From an uncultured Candidatus Rokubacteria bacterium (GTDB lineage Bacteria > Methylomirabilota > Methylomirabilia > Rokubacteriales > CSP1-6): a DNA stretch of 64,000 nt. How positions within the stretch are numbered: the first letter of the stretch is position 1; the number at the start of each line of letters is the position of its first letter. Position numbers and translations under genes: made by a program. Positions 11,496-21,207 of the stretch are shown piece after piece. Location of the stretch: assembly GCA_963762145.1 (NCBI GenBank), contig CAVXJS010000010.1:224001-288000 (forward strand), written 5' to 3'. The notes beneath the pieces are model-generated. The model did no database searches, was not told the origin of the DNA, and saw nothing but the letters and a program-made list of their open reading frames with translations.

Positions 11496-12452
11496 TCAGC
11501 GGATCGCGACCGGGGCCACCGTCGAGCCGGTGAAGCCCTGCGCCTTGATCGGCTGCATGACGAAGGCGAACTCGTAGACCTGCTTCGCGGCCAGGTCGTC
11601 GAGCTTCAGGTTCTCGAGCAGGTGGATGCCGTTCACCACCAGCGCGATCTGGTGCACGGGCAGCGAGAGGCGCGGGTCCGGATTGGGCGCCACCTCGACC
11701 GGCCAGTTGTCCGAGCCGATCAGCATGGGGTCCAGGCGGGCGAGCCACTCCGCCGCCGCGACGCCGATCCCCGGGCAGCTCTTCACGTAGCGCGCGTTGT
11801 CCTTCGCCCACAGCTTGTTCCAGCCGGTGTTGATGAGGACCGCGTCGCCCGGCTGCAGCGTGACCCGCTGCTTGGCGAGGGCGTCCTGCAGGTCCTTGAT
11901 CGTGATCTCGTACGTGTCGGGCAGCATGTCCACGCCCTTGAGCGCGGCCACGTCGATCAGCACCCCGCGGGTCATCAGCGTGCCGACCTTCTCGATGCCG
12001 AGCTTGGTGAAGCCGCCCCGCGTCGCGATCGCCCCGGTCTTGAAGCAGTTGTAGTGGCTGTCCTCGTGGCTCTGGTGCGCGAAGCCGTCGAACTGGGTGC
12101 CGACCTGGCCGATCTCGGAGATGACGATCTCCTCGTTCGAGCCGCGGCGATTCGAGAAGTCGTTCATGAACGTCCGCTTCGCGTGGACGTCGAAGCGGCG
12201 GGTGCCGAAGAACGGCATCTTGTCGTTCATCACGTGGGCGATCTCGATGACCTCGCCGGTCTTGATGAGCTGGGCCGCGCGCATGACGCTCGCCGGCTTC
12301 ATGTGGTTGGCGGAGCCGCGCTCGTCGCCCGCGCCCCACTTCGAGGGACAGCGCTGACTCTCGGGGGGCACGGTCCAGCTCTGCGCCAGCGCGGGGGCCC
12401 ACGTCAGGGCGGTTGCGGCGGCGAGGACCAGTCCCACCACGGTGTGTCGCAT
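11496..12452 (-). CDS. Secreted cyclase (kynurenine formamidase-like) family protein
   Basis: Signal peptide MRHTVVGLVLAAATAL; GTQFDGFAH, RGVLIDV, GDAVLINTGW and GIHLLENL motifs. Confidence 0.85.
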   Translation of the reverse strand: MRHTVVGLVLAAATALTWAPALAQSWTVPPESQRCPSKWGAGDERGSANHMKPASVMRAAQLIKTGEVIEIAHVMNDKMPFFGTRRFDVHAKRTFMNDFSNRRGSNEEIVISEIGQVGTQFDGFAHQSHEDSHYNCFKTGAIATRGGFTKLGIEKVGTLMTRGVLIDVAALKGVDMLPDTYEITIKDLQDALAKQRVTLQPGDAVLINTGWNKLWAKDNARYVKSCPGIGVAAAEWLARLDPMLIGSDNWPVEVAPNPDPRLSLPVHQIALVVNGIHLLENLKLDDLAAKQVYEFAFVMQPIKAQGFTGSTVAPVAIR

Positions 12453-12579
12453 GGTCGTCTTCTCCAGAGCCCCGGGGGGCCACGGGCCGGTTAGGGGACG
12501 TGAAACGCGCGCCGAGTCTATACCGCTTCGGCGCTTGACGCCGCGCGGCCTCTGGCGCATCCTGCTCGAGGAACTGGTC

Positions 12580-12975
12580 ATGGCCAAGCCGATCATCGCG
12601 GTGTTCAACTCGAGCGACGACACGGTCGAGATGCTCCGGACCGCCCTCGAGGGCGAGGGGCTCCACACCGTGCCGGGCCACATCGGCGAGCTCAAGAAGG
12701 GCGAGCTCGACTTCGTCGCGTTCATCGAGCACCATCGGCCGGCGGTGATCGTCTACGACATCTCGCTGCCCTACGAGACGAACTGGAACTTCCTGAAGCT
12801 CGTGCGCAGCTCGCAGCCCGCCCAGGAGTGCCGCTTCATCCTTACCACGACCAACAAGCCCGCGCTCGACAAGCTGGTGGGCGAGAACGAGGCGCTCGAG
12901 ATCATCGGCAAGCCCTATGATCTCGAGCGGGTGGTCACCGCGGTGCGCTCCGCGCTCGACGGCGCGTCTTCGTAG
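12580..12975 (+). CDS. Single-domain response regulator (atypical receiver)
   Basis: PAVIVYDISLP, FILTT and IGKPYDL motifs. Confidence 0.75.
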   Translation: MAKPIIAVFNSSDDTVEMLRTALEGEGLHTVPGHIGELKKGELDFVAFIEHHRPAVIVYDISLPYETNWNFLKLVRSSQPAQECRFILTTTNKPALDKLVGENEALEIIGKPYDLERVVTAVRSALDGASS

Positions 12976-12983
12976 GGCACGGC

Positions 12984-13854
12984 GTGCCCGTCGCGCTCGT
13001 CACCGGCACCAGCACCGGCATCGGGTTCGCCACCGCGCTGCACCTGGCGCGAAACCGCCATCGGGTGGTGGCGACCATGCGCAACCGGGCCAAGGCGGGC
13101 CCGCTCGAGGAGGCGGCGAGCCGGGAGGGACTGCCGCTCGACGGTGCGCGAGCTCGACGTCACCCGCCCGGAGTCGATCGACCGCGCGGTGGCCGCGACG
13201 CGGGACGGCGAGGGGCCGATCGACGTGCTGGTGAACAACGCGGGCATCGGCGGGGCCACGCCGCTCGAGCTCACCCCCGAGGCCGAGCACCGCGCGATGT
13301 TCGAGACCAACTACTGGGGCGCGATCCGGATGATCCAGGCGGTGCTGCCGTCGATGCGCGAGCGGCGAACCGGGTGCATCGTCAACGTCACGTCGATCGC
13401 GGGGCGGGTGGCCACCCCGAACCAGATCGCGTACTCCGCGTCCAAGCACGCGCTGGGCGCGGCGAGCGAGGCGCTGGCCCACGAGGTGGCCGCCTTCGGG
13501 GTCCGCGTGGCCATCATCGAGCCCGGCGTGATCCAGACCGCGATCTTCGAGAACTCGGCGCCCGCCACCCGCTACGACAAGACCTCGCCGTACCGGCAGA
13601 TCATGCGCCGCAACGGCAAGCTCTTCGCGGCCGGCTTCCGCAACCCCGGCCAGCCGGAGACCGTCGCGGCGGCGATCCTGGATGCGATCACGACCGACCG
13701 GCCGCGCCTGCGCTACCTGGTCGGCGTCGACGCGGAGGGCCTCGCGGCGGGGCGCGCCCGCATCAGCGACGAGGAGTGGGTGGCGATGGGCGGCGAGCTG
13801 AGCGACGAGGAGTACAACGCGCGTTTCAAGCGGTACTTCGGCATCGAGCTATAG
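12984..13854 (+). CDS. SDR family oxidoreductase (frameshift near 13140)
   Basis: TGTSTGIG, NNAG and YSASK (YxxxK) motifs. Confidence 0.88.
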
Positions 13855-13857
13855 AGA

Positions 13858-14930
13858 TCAGAGGCGGGCCATCACCTGGTCCGCGAGCTGCTGGCTGACG
13901 CGCCACTTCTCGTCGGTGCCGGTGGCCCACATGAGCTCGCGCAGCCCGCCCCGCTCCAGCTCCTGGATGCGCTCGATCAGCTCCTCCGCGCGTGCCCACC
14001 AGGCAGGTGTCGCGCACCAGGTCCGCGTCGATCAGCTCGGCCTCGCCCGGGTGGAGGTAGGTGTAGTGGCCCTCGTGGGTGCGGAAGTGCCGGTGCTCGG
14101 CCGGCGTCTCCTCCACCAGCGCGCACGTAGCGCTTCCAGATGCGCCGCAGGAAGGGCGGCGGCTCGAGCCCCGCTCGTGCACCGCATCGTAGAAGTAGTA
14201 GACGCTCGCCATCACGTTCGGCCCCATCGCGCGGATCACGCGCTCGGAGTCGACCGCCTCGCCCGGCTCGAGCAGGACGATGTTGGTGAGCGCGCACAGG
14301 TGGAAGTCCTCGCCGAGCGCGCGGCCGTCGCGCCGGGCCCCGACCCCGGCCAGCGCCAAGGCCTCGGCGGGCGGCAGCCCGCGCGGCGGGATCGCGAATC
14401 ACGAGGCCGTCGCCGTACTGGCCGGCCACCTCCATGGCGCGCGGCCCGAACGCGGAGACGTAGAGGGGGATGCGCGGCTCGAGGCTCATGTACTTCTTCT
14501 CGCGGATCAGCATCTTGATCGGCTGCCGCGCGCCCTCGTAGGCGTAGTCCACCACGTCGCCCCGGAGCAGGCCGCGCAGCACGCGCAGGTACTCGCCGTA
14601 GTCCGCGATGCGCATCGGCGGCTGGCCCATGCTGCGCATGCGCGGTGTTGCCGGTGCCGATGCCGAGGTGCACGCGGCCCGGGGCGAGCCGGTTCAGCGT
14701 GGCCATGCGCGGCCACGTGCACCGGCGGGATGCGGGTGCCGCAGATGGCCACCCCGGGGCCCAGGCGCAGCCGCGAGGTCTGGCGCGCGGCCAGGGCCAG
14801 CACCGCGTAGCAGTCGGAGAACAGCATCTGGCTGTCGGCGACCCAGGCCGAGTCGTAGCCCAGGGACTCGATGTGCGGAGTAGAACCCGATCTCGTCGAC
14901 GTCGGCCATCACGCACACGCTCATGCGCAT
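13858..14930 (-). CDS. LLM class flavin-dependent oxidoreductase (multiple indels)
   Basis: MRMSVCVMAD..., WVADSQML, TLNRLAPGRVHLGIGTG and IPLYVSAFGPR fragments. Confidence 0.82.
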
Positions 14931-14955
14931 CGGAGGATCCTTCCGGGGGCTGGGG

Positions 14956-15706
14956 TCACTTCTTTTCGCCGATCGATTCGAGCATCTGCTTCGCGCGCGG
15001 GACTTCCTTGAGGGTCCAGCGCGGCCGGTCGCTGGGCGCGCGCTCGGCCAGTACGGACTGCAGCTGCTGGCGCGCCTCGGCGTAGCGGCCGGTGTTGATG
15101 TAGAGCTGCGCCAGCTCGATGCGCACGCCGGTGAGCCGGGGGTCGAGCCGCTGCGCGGCCTTGAAGTGCTGCTCCGCTTCCTTGGGGTTGCCGCCGAGCA
15201 GTACCGGCAGCTCGCGGGCGATGCTGCCCGCCATGACATGCGCTCCGACGTTGTTGGGGTCCGAAGCGCAGGACCGTGTCCACGTGCTTCCGCAGATCGC
15301 GCAGCGCGAGGGCCGAGTGGAGCAGGCCCTTGGCCTGCGACCACGAGCCGAGGGTGGCCGCGTACCAGAAATGGGCCTCCGGGTCGTTCGGGGCCAGCTC
15401 GGTGGCGCGCTTGGCGTAGTCGCGCGCCCGGAGGTAGGCCGCGACCTTGTCGTCCTCGGTCTTCGCGCGCTCCTCGCCGAAGAGGAACCATGCGCGGGCC
15501 AGGGCCAGCAGGGTGGGCACGTCCGCGGCGCCGCCCCCGGCCACGTGGGCCTCGAGCAGGTCGCGCGCGCGGTCGATGCGCGCGGGGTCGTCCTGGTACT
15601 GACGCAGCATCGCCCGGGCGGTCTCGGCGGGGGTCGCGGTCTGCGCGGCCGCGGGCGCCAGGCCGCCCAGGAGCAGCAGGGTCGCGAGGACGAGCGGCGG
15701 GCGCAT
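14956..15706 (-). CDS. Secreted tetratricopeptide-repeat protein (TatT-like), frameshift near 15260
   Basis: Signal peptide MRPPLVLATLLLLGG; TPR motifs (ATELAPNDPEAHFWYA, ELPVLLGGN, AQRLDP). Confidence 0.75.
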
Positions 15707-15751
15707 GGCCCCGATCGTACTATGCCCGCGCGGGGTTGCGTCGCTCCGGCG

Positions 15752-15766
15752 TGGCAGGAAATATGC
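15752..15766 (+). promoter_or_regulatory. Possible sigma54 (-24/-12) promoter upstream of PAS kinase
   Basis: TGGCAGGAAATATGC has exact GG-N10-GC spacing in an AT-richer intergenic region. Confidence 0.35.
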
Positions 15767-15854
15767 CGGGAAGGTGTCTTTGGCCTCGAGCCACCCAGCC
15801 AGAGGCGTGATTTCGCTGCGAAGATGAGAACCCGCGACCGGACATGCGGTAAAA

Positions 15855-17540
15855 ATGCCGGGAAGGAAATACCCGCAGGGGGGCGGCGTGGCCAAGCGAA
15901 CGGGCAAGCGAACCGGGAAGACCCGGCCTCGAGAAGTCGCGCCGGCGGACGACCCAGTCGTGAACGCGGCCCGACTCGCGGCCATCGTGGACTCCTCGGA
16001 CGATGCCATCGTGAGCAAGACCCTCGAGGGGGTCATCACATCCTGGAACCCGGGGGCCGAACGGATCTTCGGCTATACCGCGGCCGAGGCGGTGGGCCAG
16101 CACATCACGCTGATCATTCCGGAGGACCGATACTCCGAGGAACGTGAGGTCCTGGCCCGCCTCGTCAAGGGCGAGCGGATCGATCACTTCGAGACGGTCC
16201 GGCGGACCAAGGACGGCCGGTTCATCGAGATCTCCCTCACCGTGTCGCCGGTCCGGAACGCGGCCGGGCGCGTCGTGGGCGCCTCGAAGGTGGCGCGCGA
16301 CATCTCGGAGCGGCGGCGCCTCGAGTCGGAGCGCGAGGCGCTGCTCGCGCGCGCGCAGGAAGCCCGGAGCGAGGCCGAGGCCTTGAATCGGAGCAAGGAT
16401 CAGTTCCTGGCCACGCTCTCGCACGAGCTCCGGACCCCGCTCAATGCCATCTACGGGTGGGCCCGCATGCTCGACGCGGGCCGCCTCGACCAGGCGGCGA
16501 TCCGCCGCGCGACCGAGGCGATCCTTCGCAACTCGGTCGCGCAGGTGCAGCTCATCGAGGACCTCTTCGATGTCTCGCGCGTGATCACCGGTAACATGCG
16601 CCTGGACGTGCGTCCCCTGAACGCCGCGGCGGTGCTGGACGCCGCCCTCGACGCGGTCCGACCGACCGCGGCGGCCAAGGGAGTCCATCTCGAGGCGATC
16701 TTCGATCCCCGGGTGGGCGCGCTGATGGGAGATCCCGCCCGTCTTCAGCAGGTGGCGTGGAACCTGCTCGCGAACGCGGTGAAGTTCACGCCGAGGGATG
16801 GCCGGGTCACCGTACACCTGCGGCTGGCCGGCGACCACGTCGAGATCGTGGTCCGCGACACCGGCGAGGGCATCGCGCCCGAGCACATGCCGCGCCTCTT
16901 CCAGCGGTTCGGCCAGGCCGACAGCAGCTCGACACGCCGGCACACCGGACTTGGCATCGGGCTGGCGCTCGTCCGGCATCTCGTCGAGCTGCACGGGGGC
17001 ACGGTGAGCGCGCAGAGCGCGGGCCCCGGCCACGGCGCCACGTTCACGGTGCTGCTGCCGGTGGCCCCGGCCCTGGCCGCGGTGTCCCCCCTCCCGACGT
17101 CGCCGGTGCGCGCGAGCGTCGGCGTGCCCGCTCCGGGGGAGGCGAAGCCGCTCTCGCTCCGAGACCTCCGCGTCCTGGTCGTGGATGACGATGCCGACGG
17201 CCTCGAGCTGGCGGCGCTGGTACTCGTCAACGCGGGGGCCGAGGTCCGGGCATCGTCGTCTCCGGCCGCCGCGATGGCCGTGCTCGAGGACTGGCCCGCC
17301 GACGTGCTGGTGTCGGACCTCGAGATGCCCGGCGAAGACGGGGTGACCCTGCTGCGCCGGGCCCGGACCGTGATGACGCGGCGAGGGCGGAGGCTGCCGG
17401 GACTGGCCCTGACCGCGTACGGGCGATCGGAGGACCGGATCCGGGCGCTGGCGGCCGGCTTCAACCTGCACCTGGGCAAGCCGGTCAGCCCGGCGGAGCT
17501 GGTGCTGGCGGTGGCGAGCCTGGGAGGCCGGACGGAGTGA
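15855..17540 (+). CDS. PAS-domain hybrid sensor histidine kinase/response regulator
   Basis: PAS (SDDAIVSKTLEGVITSWNPGAE), HisKA (LSHELRTPL), HATPase (NLLANAVKFT, DTGEG, GLGIGL) and REC (SDLEMP). Start may be GTG at 15888. Confidence 0.93.
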   Translation: MPGRKYPQGGGVAKRTGKRTGKTRPREVAPADDPVVNAARLAAIVDSSDDAIVSKTLEGVITSWNPGAERIFGYTAAEAVGQHITLIIPEDRYSEEREVLARLVKGERIDHFETVRRTKDGRFIEISLTVSPVRNAAGRVVGASKVARDISERRRLESEREALLARAQEARSEAEALNRSKDQFLATLSHELRTPLNAIYGWARMLDAGRLDQAAIRRATEAILRNSVAQVQLIEDLFDVSRVITGNMRLDVRPLNAAAVLDAALDAVRPTAAAKGVHLEAIFDPRVGALMGDPARLQQVAWNLLANAVKFTPRDGRVTVHLRLAGDHVEIVVRDTGEGIAPEHMPRLFQRFGQADSSSTRRHTGLGIGLALVRHLVELHGGTVSAQSAGPGHGATFTVLLPVAPALAAVSPLPTSPVRASVGVPAPGEAKPLSLRDLRVLVVDDDADGLELAALVLVNAGAEVRASSSPAAAMAVLEDWPADVLVSDLEMPGEDGVTLLRRARTVMTRRGRRLPGLALTAYGRSEDRIRALAAGFNLHLGKPVSPAELVLAVASLGGRTE

Positions 17541-17602
17541 CGGGAGGGCAGCGGGGAAGGACGTGAGCCGCCCTCGTGCCACGGGGCCATCCGTGAGCAC
17601 GC

Positions 17603-17631
17603 TTGACGCGCCCAGCCACCGGACATACCCT
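17603..17631 (+). promoter_or_regulatory. Putative sigma70 promoter, leaderless-type
   Basis: TTGACG-N17-TACCCT, 7 nt before the ATG at 17639, no SD. Confidence 0.5.
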
Positions 17632-17638
17632 GCCGCAG

Positions 17639-18787
17639 ATGCGCGAGACGCGGCGGCTCATGCTCGTCGGCGCCCTGCTGTCGCTGGCGCTGGTGTGTTC
17701 GGCCCAGGCCGGGGAACGGCGGGCCCTCTCGGAGTATTTTCCACCCCCCGAGAGCAACGGCGGGTGGCGATCGGCTCTGCCGGAGAAGGGAGAGCCGGAC
17801 GCGGCGCAGAAAGCCGCGATTGCCCGGCTCGGCGTCGATTTCGAGACGTTGAAGGAGGCATGGTCGTACAACGCCAGAACGGAGGGCGCGACGGGGCTGA
17901 TCGTCATTCGCAAGGGAACCGTGGTCGGCGAGTGGTACAAGGACAGCGACCAGAACACGACCTTCAACATCTATTCCAGCGCCAAGGCGTACACGAGCCT
18001 GGCCTATGGACTGCTGCTCTCCGAGACCGAACGCGGCCAGCGAACGCTGACGCTCGATACGAAGGTTGGAAACGAGACGTGGCTGCCGGAATCGCTTCCG
18101 CTCTCCGATCCGCGCAAGGCCGACATCACCCTCCGTCACCTGCTGAACATGACGAGTGGGATCGAGGGCGGCAGTCTGCCGATCGACACCGCTCCGTTCG
18201 AGATCGCGCTCGGCAAGACGAAGGACTCGCCGTTCGCCACGCTGAAGAGCGAGCCCGGCGAGAAGTTTCTATACAGCGACGCCGGCGTCGCTCATCTGGT
18301 CCTGCTGTTCAGGCGGGCCGCGGGCCAGGACCTTCAGCCGTATCTGAAGGAGCGCGTCTATCCACGGATCGGCATGCGGAACGTGACGTGGACGCAGATC
18401 GGCGGTAAGGGCAAGCTCGGTCCATTGAGTCAGGGCTACAGCGGTGTGGTGACGACCCCCCGTGAACATGCCCGTTTCTGCTACCTGGCGTTGCACAAGG
18501 GAATGTGGGATGGCCGCCGGGTGGTTCCCGAGTCGCACTTCGACTTCGCGTGGACCGGCACCAAGGCCAATCCGATGTACGGGGCGCAGTGGTGGGTCTA
18601 TCCGCGCCACCCGGACGCTCCGCCGGATCTGGTTCAGACCTCAGGAGCGTTCAACAACATCGGCATCGTCGTGCCCAGCCTCGACCTCGTGTTCATCCGC
18701 CTTGGTGACGGCAAGGTGTTTCCGGACAAGGACTTCTCCCAGCGGCTGCTCAGGAAGATTCTGGCGGCGGTGAGGCGAGATCCTTAA
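17639..18787 (+). CDS. Secreted serine hydrolase (class C beta-lactamase-related/NylB-like)
   Basis: SxxK (YSSAK), ITLRHLLNMTSG, PGEKFLYSD and YGAQWW motifs; signal peptide. Confidence 0.85.
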   Translation: MRETRRLMLVGALLSLALVCSAQAGERRALSEYFPPPESNGGWRSALPEKGEPDAAQKAAIARLGVDFETLKEAWSYNARTEGATGLIVIRKGTVVGEWYKDSDQNTTFNIYSSAKAYTSLAYGLLLSETERGQRTLTLDTKVGNETWLPESLPLSDPRKADITLRHLLNMTSGIEGGSLPIDTAPFEIALGKTKDSPFATLKSEPGEKFLYSDAGVAHLVLLFRRAAGQDLQPYLKERVYPRIGMRNVTWTQIGGKGKLGPLSQGYSGVVTTPREHARFCYLALHKGMWDGRRVVPESHFDFAWTGTKANPMYGAQWWVYPRHPDAPPDLVQTSGAFNNIGIVVPSLDLVFIRLGDGKVFPDKDFSQRLLRKILAAVRRDP

Positions 18788-18790
18788 ATA

Positions 18791-19190
18791 CGTCAGAGAA
18801 GGCGTGTAAGCCGGGTCCTGTCTGACCGCCGCGGTTTCCCGTGACGGCGAGATGATCATTTCTCTAGGACGCCGGTTACCCGGCGCCTCAAGCGGCCATA
18901 CCCGAGAGCACCACGCGGGCCGCGCTTCACCTGCTCTCGCGAGCAGGATCGCTCTCCTATTTGGCCTTGCTCCGGGTGGGGTTTACCGAGCCGACCTGGT
19001 CACCCAGGCCGCTGGTGAGCTCTTACCTCACCGTTTCACCCTTACCGCCCGTGAGGGCGGCGGTTTGCTTTCTGTGGCACTGTCCATGGGGTCGCCCCCC
19101 CTGGCCGTTAGCCAGCACCCTGCCCTGCGGAGCCCGGACTTTCCTCCCGCACGGTTGCCCGTGCCGGCGATCATCCAGCCTTCTCTGACG
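18791..19190 (-). ncRNA. rnpB: RNase P RNA (bacterial type A)
   Basis: Reverse strand contains GAGGAAAGTCCGGGCTCC, AGTGCCACAGAAA, GGTAAACCCC and CCCGGCTTA. Ends pair (CGTCAGAGAAGGC / GCCTTCTCTGACG) to form P1. A TATACT -10 lies just upstream. Confidence 0.96.
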
Positions 19191-19230
19191 CACTCAAAGA
19201 GCGTGTGTCGCTGCGTGAAAGTATAGCCCG

Positions 19231-19707
19231 TCAGGGCTCACCCCGCTTGCTCGCCTTGTCCTGCGCCCGCCGCTCGAGCTCCCAGTAGCGCCGATCGCGC
19301 TCTTCCAGCATCTCCTCCGAGGAGCGGAGCGGCGCCGCCGGGGGTTGCTCGACGCCCAGCGCGTGGCCGATGTCGTCCACCCGGTCCTGGTCGGGGGTGG
19401 ACACGCTGCCGCCGGCCGCTTCCTCGCCCGAGCTCTGCGCGCGCTGCCAGTCCGCGTCCAGGTCGCCCGCGCTCGCCGCCGGCCCGGTCTCGTGGTGCTC
19501 GAGCACCTCGCGCAGCAGACCGACGGTGCGGCCTTGATCCTCCGCGCCTTCCTTGCCACGCCGGGTGGCGGTGGTCCGCTTGCGCCCGCGGCGCTTGGCC
19601 CGCCGCGCCGGCGCCGCGCCGCCCTTCTTCTTCACGGCCTTCCTCGTCGTCCGCGTCTTCGTCGTCTTCGTCCGGCTGCGTTTCCGTTTCGGCTTTCGCT
19701 TGCTCAT
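19231..19707 (-). CDS. DUF6335-like protein with K/R-rich N-terminal tail
   Basis: GDLDADWQRA..GEEAAGGSVSTPDQDRVDDIG...ERDRRYWEL resembles DUF6335 (recalled, not searched). Confidence 0.65.
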   Translation of the reverse strand: MSKRKPKRKRSRTKTTKTRTTRKAVKKKGGAAPARRAKRRGRKRTTATRRGKEGAEDQGRTVGLLREVLEHHETGPAASAGDLDADWQRAQSSGEEAAGGSVSTPDQDRVDDIGHALGVEQPPAAPLRSSEEMLEERDRRYWELERRAQDKASKRGEP

Positions 19708-19847
19708 GTGCCACCTCCCCCCGGGGTCCTCGCGGCTGGGCCTATCATACGCTGCGATTTGACGCTCCTTCGGCCGTCTGCTAGGGTGGCCCCGCGAATC
19801 GCTTCTCCACGTTTCCTCTCGAACGACGGCGTCTCAGGGAGGTCGCA

Positions 19848-21083
19848 ATGGCGCAGGAAGCGCACGATCCGGAAGCCTCAACCTCGATGTCGCGGCGGGT
19901 GATGCTCCGCAGCGTGGGCGCGGCGGTGGGCGCCGCGGTGCTCGCGCCGCATCTGGTTGGCGCGCAGACGCCGCCGAGCGGGCCGGTGGCCCCGCCCAGC
20001 ACGATCACCACGCCGCCGCGGGACTTCAGCCCGCGCGGCGCGCCCACCACCTACTTCAGCGACCCGGACGTGCTCACGGTCGAGCCCATGTTCAACGGTC
20101 TCCGGCAGCCGAACGCCCCGATCCAGAGGCTGTGGACCGGCGCGCTCTGGTCGGAAGGGCCCGCGTGGAGCTCCCAGGGCCGCTACCTGGTGTGGAGCGA
20201 CATCCCGAACAACCGCCAGATGCGCTGGATCGAGGACAACGGGCACGTCAGCGTGTTCCGCACGCCGTCGAACAACAGCAACGGCAACACGTTCGACTTC
20301 CAGGGTCGCCAGCTCTCCTGCGAGCACGTCACCCGGCGCGTGGTGCGGTACGAGCTCGACGGGTCGACGACCATCCTCGCGGCCATGTTCAACGGCAAGC
20401 GGCTCAACTCGCCCAACGACGTGGTGCCGCACCCGGACGGCAGCTACTGGTTCACCGACCCGCCCTACGGCGCCCAGTTCTACGAGGGCACGGTGGACGC
20501 GCCGGGCGGGCCCGCCAACCTGGCCGGCCGGCTCAACCCGCGGCTCGGCCAGCCGCCGGAGCTCGGCGGCTACAAGCGCGAGCTGCCCACCGCGGTGTAC
20601 CGCCTGGACAAGAGCGGGACGCTCACCCAGGTCGCGGGGGAGGACATCGTGCCCGATCCCAACGGGCTCTGCTTCTCGCCCGACTACAAGAAGCTCTACG
20701 TGGTCAGCACCGGCAAGGGGCCGGGCGACACCCACGCGGGCGGCAAGGGTGAGATGCACGTGTTCGACGTGGGCGGCGACAACAAGCTGACCAACGGCAA
20801 GCTCTTCAGCGCCTTCATGGTCGACGGCGTCAAGTGCGGGCCCGACGGCGTGCGGGCCGACGTGGACGGCAACCTGTGGTGCTCGAGCAACGCGGGCCGC
20901 AACGTCGGCTACAGCGGGGTCACGGTGTGGACGCCGGCGGGCCAGCTCATCGGGCGCATCCGGCTGCCCGAGGTCTGCGGCAACGTCTGCTTCGGCGGGC
21001 CCAAGCGCAACCGCCTGTTCATGGCCGCCAGCCAGTCCCTCTACGCGGTCTACACGCAAACCCAGGGCGCCGCGCCCGGCTAA
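19848..21083 (+). CDS. SMP-30/gluconolactonase family protein, Tat-exported
   Basis: SRRVML Tat signal; SEGPAW, NSNGNT, LNSPND, PNGLCFSPD and PDGVRADVDGN motifs. Confidence 0.92.
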   Translation: MAQEAHDPEASTSMSRRVMLRSVGAAVGAAVLAPHLVGAQTPPSGPVAPPSTITTPPRDFSPRGAPTTYFSDPDVLTVEPMFNGLRQPNAPIQRLWTGALWSEGPAWSSQGRYLVWSDIPNNRQMRWIEDNGHVSVFRTPSNNSNGNTFDFQGRQLSCEHVTRRVVRYELDGSTTILAAMFNGKRLNSPNDVVPHPDGSYWFTDPPYGAQFYEGTVDAPGGPANLAGRLNPRLGQPPELGGYKRELPTAVYRLDKSGTLTQVAGEDIVPDPNGLCFSPDYKKLYVVSTGKGPGDTHAGGKGEMHVFDVGGDNKLTNGKLFSAFMVDGVKCGPDGVRADVDGNLWCSSNAGRNVGYSGVTVWTPAGQLIGRIRLPEVCGNVCFGGPKRNRLFMAASQSLYAVYTQTQGAAPG

Positions 21084-21100
21084 AAACTGGGGTCAGCCGC

Positions 21101-21184
21101 GGGGTCAGGTCTTGAATTCCTACATTTTCATCGCGCTAGTAGACGCCTGGCGCGCGGAAATGTAGGAATTCAAGACCTGACCCC
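21101..21184. repeat. Family A palindromic element, copy 2
   Basis: Perfect 27-bp arms GGGGTCAGGTCTTGAATTCCTACATTT / AAATGTAGGAATTCAAGACCTGACCCC, with an extra GGGGTCAG at 21089-21096. Confidence 0.92.
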
Positions 21185-21207
21185 ATCTACCCCCATCTCA
21201 CGCGCGC

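Noticed and set aside
17566-17580. Antisense sigma54-like motif TGGCAC-N-GC
   Set aside because: Points into the 3' end of the kinase gene, lacks TTGC, and such matches arise by chance at this GC content.
18852-19226. ORFs at 18852-19226 and 18961-19188
   Set aside because: They are antisense shadows of rnpB.
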